A DNA stretch of 64,000 bases from the NCBI RefSeq assembly GCF_004010195.1, contig NC_057718.1, positions 27,849,974-27,913,973 on the forward strand, given 5' to 3'. Positions 1 through 12,861 of this stretch are shown in pieces. Made by a program: the position numbers and the translations under genes. Source of the DNA: Chiloscyllium plagiosum. Taxonomy: Eukaryota. The stretch's first letter is position 1. Every line of letters begins with the position of its first letter. The notes under the pieces are model-generated. The model worked only from the letters and a program-made list of their open reading frames with translations. It ran no database searches and was not told the origin of the DNA.

Positions 1-205
1 GAGGGGGACGGAGGGATGGGGAGTGAGGGGGTTTGAGGGATGGGGAGTGGGGGGACAGAGGGATGGGGAGTGAGGGGGATTGAGGGATGGGGAGTGGGGG
101 GACAGAGGGATGGGGAGTGAGGGGGACAGAGCGATGGGGAGTGGAGGGAACAGAGGGATGGGGAGTGGGGAGACAGGTATGGGGAGTGAGGCAAGAGGAT
201 AGGGG
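1..205. repeat. G/A-rich minisatellite, 23-24 bp unit (GAGGGATGGGGAGTGRGGGG(G)ACA)
   Basis: About 8 diverging tandem copies of gagggatggggagtg are directly visible; the array runs off the window start. Confidence 0.9.
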
Positions 206-1230
206 TGTAATGTGCTGTAGTGTATGTGTGTTGTGTTTCGTTTCAGGAAAGAGTCCTGGGTAATGAGTAAACTTCAAAACCTTTATGGCCAGAGTGAACT
301 TCCAAAATATTAATGTAATAAATGGGTAAATCATTAATTCCAGATAATAAGATGTACTCGTCTGAAATGTTTATTGGTGTGAATTTGTGCTCTGGAAAAA
401 ATAGGAAAAGTTGGAATGTTGGCAATTCCCTCTGCTCAAATATGAAAAACTGATGTCAAAGAGTTTGAACAAGGTAACACCTAACAAAAGAGGATACTTT
501 TCCTATTTCCAGAAAGGAAATGTATCACATGGCCCCTAACTCTGTCCAGGAGGAAGAGAGGAATGTTGATGTAATTATGTTCCAGAACCTACACCCTGCC
601 ATTTCAGGTCAGGAGTGAATTGTCTGCATCAGCTGGAGAATTTATACATTCACTGTAAATCATTTTGATTGAACAAAGATACTTGGGACTTGTTAACCCA
701 TTCTGGAAGTGGAATGGATGGAAATGGTTTTGGTTTTCTTCTCCAAAGCTTCAAATTTCACAAAATGCAGCTGGATCGTGACTCCTCTCCCATGATATAA
801 CAAAAATTAAAAACATGCCAGATAGAAATCTGTGAGCAGACAGCAGCTGTGGCTGTCATCTTGTAAGACAAGGCAGGTAACTTTGAGGACGGAGATGACA
901 GTATTTTCCCCACCTGTTCCATCTCTGTGTAGTCAGGCAAAAGCGATGTGTAATGTCACCCAGGAGCTGGAAAGAGTTAGTGAAGGAGTAGGACCCTGAG
1001 GTGCAGTTAATGAAGAGTTCAACAAATGTCTTTCCCTCAGTGAAATTAAAGAAGCCCTTTGTGAAAATCGGATTGTCTTCCCAGAGAGTTACATTGCAAG
1101 TTACAGTGAGACCATTCTTTACATTTCGCAGAAATCAATTCTACAACGGAGTAGTCTGAAAACATGATAGATTCAAAACTTAAAGAATCCCTACAGTGTG
1201 GAAAGAGGCCATTGATCCCATTGAGTCTGC

Positions 1231-2376
1231 AGAGCAGTGGATGTGATCTATGTGGACTTCAGTAAGGCTTTACAGAAAGTTCCGCATGGGAGATAGGTTA
1301 GCAAGGTTAGATCTCATGGAATACATTGAGAGTTAACCATTTGGATACAGAACTGGCTCAAAGGTAGAAGACAGAAGGTGGTGATGGAGGGTTGCTTTTC
1401 AGACTGGAGATTGTGACCTGCGGTGTGCCACAAGGATTGGTGCTGGGTCCACTGCTTTTTATCATTTATATAAATTATTTGGAAGTGAATATTGGAGATA
1501 TAGTTAGTAAGCTTGAAGATGACACCAACATTGGAGGTGTAGTGGACAGGTAATTTGTTACCTTCGAGTATAACAGGACTTTGATCAGATAGATCAATGG
1601 GCCAAGGAATGGCAAATGGAGTTTAATTTAGATAAATGTGAGGTGCTGCATTTTGAAAAGGCAAATTAAGAGGACTTAAACACTTAATGGTAAGGTGCTG
1701 GGGAATGTTCCCAAACAAAGAATTCCTTCAAAGTGGGATCACAGTTAGATCGGATAATGAAGAAGGCATTTGGTCTGCTTGCCTTTATTGGTCAGTGCAT
1801 TGAGTGTAGGAGTTCGGTCAGTTTTAGAATACTGCGTTCTATTCTGGTCTCCCTACTACAGGAAGGATGTTGTGAAACTTGAAAAGGTTCAGAGATGATT
1901 TACAAAGATGTTGCCAGGGTTGGAGGGTTTGAGCTAGAGGGAGAGGTTGAATAGGCTGGGGCTGTTTTCCCTGGAGCGTTGGAAGCTAGGGGGTGACCTA
2001 ATAGAGGTTTATAAAATAATGAGGGGCATGGATAGGGCAAATAGACAAGGTCTTTTTCCCAGGGTGGCAGAGTCCAGAACTAGAGGGCATAGGTTTAAGG
2101 TGAGAGGGGAAAGATATAAAAGGGACCTAAGGGACAACTTTTTCATGCAGACGATGATACGTGTATGGAATAAGCTGCCAGAGGAAGTGGTGGAGGCTGG
2201 TACAATTGCAACATTTAAAAGGCACCTGGATGGGTATATAATTAGGAAGGGTTTAGAGGGATGTGAGCCAAATGCTGGCACATGGGACTAGATTCTTTCG
2301 AATATCTGGTCAACATAGATGACATCGAATGGTCTGTTTCTGTGCTGTACAGCTCAATGACTCTATGACTGTATGA
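1231..2376 (+). mobile_element. CR1 LINE, 5'-truncated, decayed RT C-terminus and 3' UTR
   Basis: ORF 1947-2291 gives LGLFSLE...RTRGHRFKVRG...WNKLPEEVV, typical of the CR1 ORF2 end; tail is a (ctctatga)-like repeat. Confidence 0.93.
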
Positions 2377-2501
2377 CACTGACCCTCAGAAAGCATCCCA
2401 CCTAGACTCAGCCCCTGACTCTATCCCTCTAACCTGCACACCCTGGTCACTACAGAACAATTTAACATGGCTAATCCACCTAACCTGCACAGCTTTGGGG
2501 G

Positions 2502-2695
2502 ATGATGTGGAGGTGCCTGTGTTGACTGGGATGGATAAGGTCAGAAGTTAGACGTCACCAGGTTATAGTCCAACAGGTTTATTTGAAATCACAAGTTTTT
2601 GGAATGTTAAATTTCACCTGACAAAGAGGCAACCTTTGAAAGCTTGTGATTTCAAATAAACCTGTTGGACTATAACCTGGTATCATCTGACATCT
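2502..2695. mobile_element. Short palindromic Penelope-like derivative
   Basis: Inverted arms accaggttatagtccaacaggtttatttgaaatcacaag / cttgtgatttcaaataaacctgttggactataacctggt; same family as the termini of 22175-23678; degenerate hammerhead core at about 2614-2649. Confidence 0.8.
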
Positions 2696-4292
2696 GGCAC
2701 CCCCTCCACCTTGCCCATCCCAATGACCAGGTGCTGTGTCTTACCACGCCGACGTGAGGAAAATCCTATGCAGAGTCAACCCACATAAGGCTGCTGGACC
2801 AGATAGCATTCCTGACAGAGTGGTCAGAGGATGCTCTGATGTACTGACAGATGTTCTCACAGACATCTTTAACATCTCCCTGAGCTGCATCACAGTTCTA
2901 ACGTGCTTCAACGCCGCTACCATAGTCCCCATGCTGAAGAAATCTTCAGCATCCTGTCTCAAGGACTACCGCCCCATTGCGCTAACTTCCATCATCATGA
3001 AGCATTTCGAGAGGCTTGTGGTGAGGCATAGTTAGACCTTGCTGCTCCCCTCACTGGACACCCTGCAGTTTGCATAATGTCCAAACTGCTCAACAGATGA
3101 TGCCATTTCCACCACCCTCCATCTGGCCCTCACCCACCTGGAGAAGAAGGACACCTATGTCAGATTACTGTTCAGAGGCTTCAGTTCCACATTCAACACT
3201 ATCATTCCTCAGCACCTGATTGGAAGCTGAGTCTGCTGGGCCTAAATACCTCCTTGTGTAACTGGATCCTGGACTTCCTGACTGGGACACCCCAGATAAT
3301 CCAGATTGGGAACAGCATCCCCAACACCATCACATTGAGCACAGGGGTTCCCCAGGGCTGTGTGCTCAGTTCATACGTGTTCACCCTGCTGACACACAAC
3401 TGTGCAGCGATGCACAGCTCAAATCATATCATTAAGTTCACTGATGACACGGCTATAGTGGGTCTCATTAGCAGGAATGACGAGTCAGCATACAGAGAGG
3501 AGGTGCAGCGGCTAATGGACTGATGCAGAGCCAACAACCTGTCTCTGAATGTGGACAAAATGAAAAAGATGGTTGTTATCTTCAGGAGGGCATGAAGTGA
3601 CCACTCTCTGCTGGACATCGATGGTTCCCCCGTGGAGATCATGAAGAGCACCAAATTTCTTGGCATCCACCTGGCAGAGAATCGCACCTGGACCCTCAAC
3701 ACCAGCTCCATAGCCACGAAAGTCCAGCAGTGTCTCTACTTTCTGCGTAGACTGAGGAAAGCCCACCTCCTACCCCTGTCCTCACCACATTGTACAGAGG
3801 GTTCATTGAGAATACCCTGAGCTGCTGCTGCATCCAAAAGGCTCAGAGCATTGTGGAAGATCCCACACATCCCTCAAACTCTTCTCCCTCCTGTCATCTG
3901 GCAGAAGTTACCGGAGCATTCGATCTCTCACGGCCAGACTGTGCAACAGTTTCTTCCACCGAGCCATCAGGCTCCTTAACACTGTATGATCACACTCTAT
4001 TCTATCTGAAACTCTTTGCACGACTTCAAATTGCTGCTAGAACAATGTTTATCAATTATTATTCTTTTATTTCAGTCTAATTTGTACACCACTGTGCCTA
4101 TTGCCTTGACATGCCAGGAATTACTGTGCTGTCTTGCATGTATTGCACTGCTTATACATTTTATGCCACCCTGTGTATGATCATGTGGTGTGAGTTGTCC
4201 ATGTAGCACCTTGGTCCTGGAGGAACACTGTCTCATTTTTACTGTATCAGTTGTATATGGTAGAAGTGACAAATAAAGCTACTTTTGACTCA
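2696..4292 (+). mobile_element. Rex1/Babar-type LINE, decayed RT
   Basis: Peptides [75 protein letters not shown] and short-repeat tail near 4272-4292. Confidence 0.88.
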
Positions 4293-4751
4293 TGATCTTT
4301 GGACTGTGGGAGAAAACCAGTGCACCTGGAAGAAACCCACGCAGACACGGGGAGAATGTGCAAACTCCACACAGGCAGTTGCCCAAGGATGGAAACAAAC
4401 CCAGGTTCCTGGCATTGCGAGCAGTGCTAACCACTTAGCCACTGTGCTACTTTCATTGGAAAGTTGAAAAAAAGTTATTTTTTAAACTGCTGTAGGAAAG
4501 GTGGTGTGAAAAAAAGCTGAGCTTGTATTCAAAATGTAGATGAACGTGTTTTGAAAAACATCCAATTTAATTTCTGAATGTGGGATGAGAAATGTTTTGT
4601 CTATGCACTTGTATTGTTTCTTTTTGAAGGTGATCTTAAAAGAAAGATCCAGAAAAAATGTTTTTATAAGACAATTTAAAATGCCAGTCTGAGATTATCA
4701 AAAGATTTTTTGACAGTCTCTGAACTGAGTACGTGAAAGTATGAAATGACG

Positions 4752-5043
4752 TAGACAAGATCTTTTCCCTGGGGTTGGGGAGTCCAGAACTAGAGGGCAC
4801 AAGTTAGGGTGAGAGGGGAAAGATTTAAAAGGGACCTAAGAGGCAACATTTTCACACAGAGGGTGGTGTGTTTATGGAACAAGCTGCTAGAGGAAGTGGT
4901 GGAAGCTGGTACAATTGCAACATTTAAAAGGCATCTGGACGGGTATTTGAATAGGAAGGGTTTAGAGGGATGTGGACCTAGTTTAGGATATCTGAAAGAG
5001 TTGGACCGAAGGGTCTGTTTCTGTGCTGTACATCTCTATGACT
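4752..5043 (+). mobile_element. CR1 3' fragment
   Basis: RGERFKRDLRGNIFTQRVV peptide and ctctatga tail. Confidence 0.9.
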
Positions 5044-7677
5044 CGTGTCTTAGCTCCACCCCTCCTCAAGATTAACTCTTGGGCTGACAGTTTTAAATCT
5101 TCTCACACACATCTTGTGTTATTTTGGTCAGGACTAAATTCTGGATTTCTAAATTAATAGATTACTAATAGGTTACTATTAACTCACTCGGCTTCTTACA
5201 GAGCCACAGTGGATTTTATTTTTTGTTTTTGGAACAGATTTCAAGAATACAGCAAAGAAGCTGGAAGTCTTGTGAAAGCAAAGTCTTTAAAAACAGGAAG
5301 ACCCTGAACTGATTACAAGCACTTGGATCTCTGATATAAGGGCATTGTTTAAAACCACCAAGCCTGGTAGTAATCATTTCTGAAATTGTTTGATAAAATT
5401 ACTTGATACAAGTTGCTGGTTCAACACATGCAATGGGAAAATAAATTCCAATCTTTACATTTCAACTTAAAACAGGAGCCAATGGAAATAGTGGAGGTAG
5501 TTTTAATTTGTGAAAAAAAATGGAAAGATTGTTTGGGAAGAAATTAATTGACCAATAATGAAACCTAACAACATGGCTGGGACTGTACACAAAAAAAAAA
5601 CCCTTTGTGGTTATTGTTGTCAATTTTGAATTTTGAATAAATTTGTAAGAAAAAAAATCAAGTAAAATCTAACGAGTTACATTTGAGAAAATTATATGTA
5701 CTTTTTGTAAGAAAGACCAAAAAGCAAAAATCAGTACCACACAGTAATTTATATTTGTTTGTCTCTTTCAAAGCTATCATGAAAAAATGCTTACTTTTAT
5801 TATTTCCTCTCGTCAGTCAGTTTTTCTCCAGAGGTCTGGAATCTGTTATGGTAATTAATGGGGGGGCCCACTTAGAATAAAAAATAGCAAGGAGGAAAAA
5901 GTGACACAGCATCAAATGGAAATGGGAGGTACCCACCTTGGATGTTGTTAAATGGAATATATCCAATTAAATCAAATTGTTGATAGAATTAGATAATTGC
6001 CACTTTTCTCCTGGTGATATGTGTGCCTTTGAGGTTTTTTTTAAAAAACGGAACTGAATTGGCTGATTTAGCCACCACTAGGACCAGTTGAGGAGGATAC
6101 ACAGGTCCCCTACACCAACATTTGATCTTTCGAAAGATCAGCTGAAAGTCTAGAATGATCTTGGGATACCTACATAAGGAGGCAAAAGTGGTTGTTACGT
6201 CTGAAGTAACAAATCTGAGGAATGCATGGTGAAAACGCACTGAAAGACATGTCAGACATTTACATCGTGTCAAAATGGTTATTATTGCCTGGAAGAGCAC
6301 AAAAGCATAGTTTAAAAAATAAGGCACTGACATACAACCCATAGAGAAACTGACTTTAAAATAACGAAAGTAATATTGGTGGAAAGATGGTAAAATTAAA
6401 ATAAGAATTTTAATTGACTATTATGTCAAAATGTAACAGTGAAGAAGGGTCATCCGATGACCTGCAGTTACCCCACCTTCAGCATTTGTATGGTATACGT
6501 ACCCCTGTGTTCAATCCAGTCAGTGATATTATAATATGTTAGGACAGTTAGTGTACGTGAAAGAAGGCCGAGCTAAGACTCAGTTGCCAAGCTAAGACTC
6601 AGATGCTCAGAGTGGAGTAAGAGAACTCCGGGAAAAAAAAATGGGAAAGCGTAAGCAGAAGGTAATGCCAAATAAAATGTTTGCTGCCTATGGCTATTGG
6701 GACCCTAAAAAATAAGGTTGCTAAAGTTGGGCAGCAAACTACAGAAGCTACTAAATTATCTGTTACATGGACCCAACCATTATCACATAGAGATTTAGCA
6801 AATTGGTTTCTCACCAACATGGTTTGGAAGTTTGCTAACAGCATCGTCTGGGAAACATATCACACCCAGATAGGGTTTAGTGATGAAGCTAGTAGAATGC
6901 TCTGTAATTTGTTAGAGGTATATGGTTTAACATAATGATGTGAACTAACCACTTAATTGCTGTCCAGACATCTGTTCTCCTGGAAATGATTATTTAATCT
7001 CACATGCTAACTTAGCACTTAAGCCTGATTTGTTAATTGCAATGCCAAAGTAAGCAATGCTACTTTTTTGGTTTTTAATAGCACACAGTAGCAAATATGG
7101 TGGCAGTTTATCACCTTAGCCCATCTGCTCAGGGGTATGCTGTGAACACCCATGTTTTATGACAAATAGCTGGCAGATAACAACCAGACCCACCAAAGGG
7201 GAGTGTGAACAATAACCAGAAGAACTAGTATACCCCTTCCACCTCCCTCCCTTTAAACCATAGACACTGCAGCATGCTTGCATATGGAGGAAGTTGCAAC
7301 TTAATGATAAAATCATTCACAAAATTGGCCCTAACCATCAGTGTGTGATAGCACTTGTACTGTCTATCTTAATAAGAGAGATGAACCAACGCCAACTTAC
7401 ATAGGCATGTTATCTGTGATGTGATTGGCCATAAACCCTTCGTGATCTAAGAAGGGAGGCAATAACCATTATCACAGGACTAATCGATTGAGTAGGGTTC
7501 CTCTACATGAGACATGTAAAAAATTGCAGGTCTTCCTTGCACAGCATCTCATTGGTGGGACATATTTAAGGGGTAGTCATTTAAAGCTTCAGCAGAACAC
7601 TCACTCCTGTGATATCCAGTTGTTGTATTATTGTTAATTTCTTGTTCTTATGTAACCTTGTAATGGCCTGTAAACAG

Positions 7678-7973
7678 TAGATTAGATTCCCTACAAAATG
7701 GAAACAGGCCCCTCAGCCCAACAAGTCCACACTGACCCTCCACAGAGTAACCCACTACCCTACATTTACCCTTGACTAATGCACCTAACACTATGGGCAT
7801 TTAAGCATATCCAATTCACCTGACCTGCACATCTTTAGATTGTGGGAGGAAACCCAAGCAGACACAGGGAGAATGTGCAGACTCCACACAGACAGTTGCC
7901 TGAGGCTGGAATCAAACCCAGGTCCCTGGTGCTATGAGGCAGCACTGCTGACCACTGAGCCATTGTGCCACCC
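7678..7973 (-). mobile_element. HE1-type SINE
   Basis: Reverse complement of the 26873 copy, with (taatc)n tail and tRNA-like head. Confidence 0.9.
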
Positions 7974-8239
7974 ATGCTATGCATATATGTATGATATACA
8001 TAACCAACTTGCACCTATTGAACAATTCATATGTGCTCGTATAAATTGTTGATCATCTGCTTTGAGCATATCAAAGAGTGCTGCATAGTTTGGGCTTAAA
8101 AATGATATCTTCAAACCAGACCATTAAGGCTTAATCCTTGAGAGTTAATGTTTAGTAGCCTGCAGCAGCTGGTGAGAGAACCAACAAGGAAACATTATTT
8201 GATCTTCTCAACAATCCACCTGTTGCAAGTGCATTTTTA

Positions 8240-8495
8240 AAATTTGTTTACGGGATGAGGACATCACTGGTTTAGGCCAGCATTTATTGCCCATCCCTAA
8301 TTGTCCAAAGGGCAATTAAGAGTCAACCACATTGCTATGGGTTTGGAATTACATGTCAGACAGACCAGGTAAGGATGGCAGTTTCCTTCCCTAAAGGACA
8401 TTAGTGAACCAGATGGGTTTTTCCTGACAATTGACATAGTCATCATTAGATGGTTATTTCCAGATGTTTATTGAATTCAACTTCCACCATCTGCA
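8240..8495 (-). mobile_element. Second SINE family (tail ggcaataaatgctggcc...catccc)
   Basis: Reverse complement matches the copies at 31660-32005 and 49905-50237. Confidence 0.8.
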
Positions 8496-9169
8496 ATTGG
8501 ACATGATAATGAGAAATTGAAGTAAAAGGGATAAGGAAATGAAAAACAAGCCTAATTTTCAAAAATAACCTGTTTTGACAGGGGGAGGGGGGAGGGGGGA
8601 CTGTCTACCTGGGGACTGTCTATGGAGCCACCTGGACTGGTTTTCCATCTATTTGTGAGTGCTGGAAAAGTGCTGATGTTATTAAGAAATGGAGATTCAG
8701 CAAGTAACCTTAGATTCAGATAAGTATATCAGAGAGTTTCTGGGACCGGGATTGTGTGTTCGGGGCCATGGAATCTGAGATGGATGTCTGACCTCCACTG
8801 TCACCAAAGTCCCTGACAGATAGAAGGCAGTGTGAGAGACTCACTTATTTGTGTATATATGCGTGTATTATGTAGTTTAAGCTAATAGACGCACTCATTA
8901 GTTTGCACATGTGACTAATATCTATTAAGCTAATAAATTTGCTTTATATTGAAGTGCGCATGTCTTCTGTATTCATTTTGATCAGACCTAAAATAACCCA
9001 TTTGGTACATTCAGCTTAACAAGCTGCACCCCACCCCTACTTTCTCACTGCTTTCACACTCAGATGCTGCTCCAACTCCTGATCTGACCCAAGGTGACAG
9101 CAAGATCCCCCATTCCCAATTTTTCCCATCACTCCCTCTAAATACTGCATCCATTACTTTACCACCTTG

Positions 9170-9490
9170 CACCCTGGCATCCTCCCCAGATACCATGTTA
9201 CCCAGTTTCCAATTGTCATCCTCTTCACATGGCACCCCAGCTTCTCCTAAGCTGGCATCCTACTTGGCTGGCGTCCTTTCACCTGTCTAGCTGGCATCGT
9301 AAACCTGGCCCCCATAACCTCTCTCCAGCTGACACCCTACATATCTGGCACTGTGTCACCCTGCCCACCTGCCAACCCAATAACCTGGCATTCTATTCCT
9401 ATTCACTTGGCAACCTTACCCTGTCACCCTATCCTTCCCCAGCAGGCATCCTTCCCAAATAGCATTCTACTTGCCTGGCACCCTACCCTC
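9170..9490. repeat. Degenerate C-rich tandem repeat (core ctggcaycc)
   Basis: About 11 loosely spaced ctggca/tggcacc cores in pyrimidine-rich sequence. Confidence 0.5.
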
Positions 9491-10334
9491 TGAGTATCCT
9501 AAAAATACAAGTACTTATAGTTTGACAGCAGATGTCAAAGTGGCTGTCAGAGCCTTTCCACTTCAGAATCCGGCAGCTAACTGCTGTGCAGCTGGAGCAT
9601 GGTTTGCCTGCCCCTGACAGTTCTACATTACAAGAGAGCTGTCGGAATAGAAGTACAGCACCACATTTCTGAGAGAGCTCTGAGTGGAATCTCCTCTCGG
9701 AAATGAGGAGCTCCTTTCCTTTGACTTGAAGGGACAAGTGCAATGAGGTTGCCACTTCCTGGAAAATCTGGCCCCATTTTGATTCCCTTGTGCAGATCTT
9801 TAAAGCCACTTTCTCCGCCAGCTGATATTTGCCAGCTCAGATAAAATGGGAATGAAATCTGGGAATTCATGGCTTTACCAAAGTGAACATAGGCACAGGA
9901 GTAAGCCATTCAGCCCCTCAAACCTGTTCTTGCCATTCAATGAGATAGTGTCCGAATTGCATACATCTGCCTTTGGACCATATCTTTGATTCCTTTGCTT
10001 AGGGAGGGGGCCCCACATTTCTGAAAAGACATGGCTGTCTTCTTTTTCAAAAAGGAAATGTTTGAGGTTCGAGAGATGGGGGAAGGTATTAAAGGGAGAA
10101 TGTGGGAAATAGAGAGACGGGATGACATGTAAATAAGGTCAATTGTTGTAGGACCAGCTGCAAGTTGTGTGACCTGCAGAGATTATAACAATGCCACATG
10201 GATCAATCTGGATCTTTCAGTTTTGGACCATTCTCCCCTGTTTGGAGTAAATGGTTTGGAGCAGACTTAGTCCTTATTGGTTGAAGCATAAGATGTTGCC
10301 TACAAAAATGTTTTGTGTATTAGCCAGATAGCTG

Positions 10335-10815
10335 TAGGAAAGATATTAAACTTGAGATGGCACGGAAATGATGTACAAGGATGTTGCTGGGATTGGAGAG
10401 TTTGAGCTAAGGGGAGATGCTGAATAGGTTGGGGCTATTTTTCCTGTAGCATTGGATGCTGAGGGGTGACCTTATACAGGGGCAGGGATAGGATGGATAG
10501 CTGAAGTTTCTCCCCAGGCTCGGGAAGTCTGAAACTAGACGGCATAGGTATAAGGTGAGAGGGAAAAGATTTAAAAGGTTCCTATGGGGGCAACCTTTCC
10601 ACACAGAGGGTGGTGAGTGTATGGAATGAGCTGCCAGAGGAGGTAATGGAGGCTGATACAATTACAACCTTTAAAAGGCATCTGGATGGGTATATAAATA
10701 GGAAACGTTTAGAGGGATATGGGCCAAGTGTTTGCAAATGGGACTAGATTAATTTAGGTTATCTGGTCGGCATGGTCAAGTTGGACTGAAGGGTCTGTTT
10801 CTATGCTGTACATCT
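10335..10815 (+). mobile_element. CR1 3' fragment
   Basis: Nucleotide similarity to the other CR1 3' ends (tggaatgagctgccagaggag, gaagggtctgtttc). Confidence 0.9.
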
Positions 10816-10844
10816 AAGTCATTAATGATTTAAGGTCAGACCTT

Positions 10845-10975
10845 TACCTTGAAGAGTCACTGGACTTGAAACATTAACTGTGTTTTTCTCTCTCCATAGG
10901 GGCTGTTGAGTTTCTCCAGCAATTTCTGATTTTGTTTCAGATTCCCAGCATCCACATTTCTTTGTTTTATTTTAG
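10845..10975 (+). mobile_element. PLE terminal-repeat fragment (gaagagtcactggacttgaaac family)
   Basis: Degenerate hammerhead-like core followed by gagtttctccagcaatttctg; relatives at 13525-13680, 49030-49120, 53380-53560 and 54045-54165. Confidence 0.6.
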
Positions 10976-11279
10976 CATTCTTTATTCTAGTTCTTTTCAA
11001 TTTTAGGTTTCAAATCAAGTGCATTAAGTTTTGTTAATAGCTGGCAATTTGCTTGCGCCTGGAGACACCAGAAAATCCTTAAATCCTCAAAGTGTTGCTT
11101 AGCCTTCCAAAGTCCAATTTTAACACAATCAATCTCAACTTTTGAAACAACTTCCTCTAACGGAAGTGTAGCATTTAGCTCCAATGTCAACTGCAAGCAC
11201 TCATGTCTAAACTACCAATTTACCCAGCTACTTACTTGTTTGTTTGTAAAAGAGGTTATCCTGTCGGCAGCAATAAAGC

Positions 11280-12100
11280 AGGAACGTTCCTGGTTGTACA
11301 GGTATAGCAAGACTTTAACAGTCTTGCCAAACATACAATGGAATGTGCAGATAACATTGTAAAAGGACCAACTACACTCAATCAAAAGACTCGATTAAGC
11401 ACTAACTGGTTATGTATTATATTTGGAAGAGTAACAACAAGGATTTAAAAATCTCAGTAAAATTGATTTCGGATCCCACTGTGAAATAAGTAATTTACAG
11501 AGTATTGTTTATCGTTAATCTGGTGATAAGATTCCTTCAGGACTAATTCATAAAGCAGCTGTCAAGATTATACTATAGTACAAACTGGGATTTACAATCA
11601 GTGCTATTCATAATTCTGGATGAATTTGACAACAACATGAACAAGAGGACAAAGAAAATGGATGTCTGCGTGTACGTGTGGAAAATGTTAATCACGTGGG
11701 AATGTGTCAAAGTGGAATCAATCGAGAATCAATGCACAGTAAAAGTCAGGAATGTAGTTAAGAATAGTTCAAGAAGAGATTTCGCCTGGAGATATCTCAG
11801 TTCTAATTTTTACAATGAGAATAAATTATGCTACCACGCAACCATGCAGAGGAAGATTCAGAACAAATACCATCAGATTCAAATGGTTTGGTCGAAAACT
11901 TCAAAAGGTAGGAATGTGTTTGATCTCACATTTGGTATGATCATGAGATACTGCTGTGTGTACAGATGTGACATGATGTGGATGAGGTCACCACTATCTC
12001 GAATTTATGAGGAAGATGTACTGAAGAACAGCCCTTGGATATGCTTAGCCAAATTTTCAAGCTGACTTTGAAATCATTTGCACATCTCAGAGGAGTGAGA
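11280..12100 (+). pseudogene. Possible highly decayed Gypsy gag/protease region
   Basis: Frameshifted CCHC-like knuckle C-T-C-G-K-x-N-H-V-G-M-C at about 11670-11712 and KNLSK..DFG at about 11447; lies upstream of the pol remnant in the same orientation. Confidence 0.4.
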
Positions 12101-12257
12101 ATGTTCACCATATCTGAACTAAATTAAACCACACATCACACATAACTTGTTCCAAGAACAGACCAACATTTTACCTAAAAATAAATGCAACCATCAGTTA
12201 AACATACTTGTGCTTGTGTATTTTGGGTGTGGAAGGGACTGAAAATGCATTTTTAAA

Positions 12258-12672
12258 GTCATTCACGGGACATGGGTATCACTGGTTGGCTAGCATTTAT
12301 TGCCCATCCTTAATTGACCTGGAGAAGGTGACGGTGAGCTGACTTCTTGAACCACTGCAATCCACATGTTGCAGGTTTACCCACAATGCCATTAGGAAGG
12401 GAGTTCCAGGATTTGGACCCAGCGACATTGAAAGAATGGCAATAAGGAGGTGAGTTACTTGCTGCAAGATTCCTTGCTTTTGTCCCTTTCCTGTAACCGC
12501 AGTGGCTATACGACTAGTCTAGTTCAGTTTCTGGCCAAAAGGGTAAACTCTAGAATGTTGATAGTGGGGAATTCAGTGATGGTGATTCCATTGAATATCA
12601 AGGGGTAATGGTTTGATCCTCTCCTATTGGAGATAGTTTTTGCCTGGCATTTGTGTGGCATGAATTTTACTT
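12258..12672 (-). mobile_element. LINE 3' fragment sharing its tail with the second SINE family
   Basis: Begins with the same gcatttattgcccatcc tail as the SINE at 8240, then diverges into LINE-like body sequence. Confidence 0.65.
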
Positions 12673-12861
12673 GATTGAATGCAATAAGCACCATCCATTA
12701 TGATAATATCTTGGTGGTTGAGTAAAGTAGGATCTCATAGGCCCCAGACCTAGGACTGGCTCCTCCCAACATTCTTTCTAATGATGCAGAGCCTGTTCTT
12801 AGAACTTACAAGGTGTTGCAGAGATGCAACTAACTACACCTTATTTCTAACGTGTACTTTA

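Larger units (their letters stand above)
1187..4450 (-). mobile_element. HE1-type SINE split into three pieces (1187-1230, 2377-2498, 4294-4450)
   Basis: The three pieces concatenate into the reverse complement of the intact SINE at 26873-27185 (tail, V-domain, tRNA head). Confidence 0.8.

Noticed and set aside
11601..12065. 154-aa ORF as a host CDS
   Set aside because: No recognisable domain in this frame; motifs in other frames point to decayed gag.
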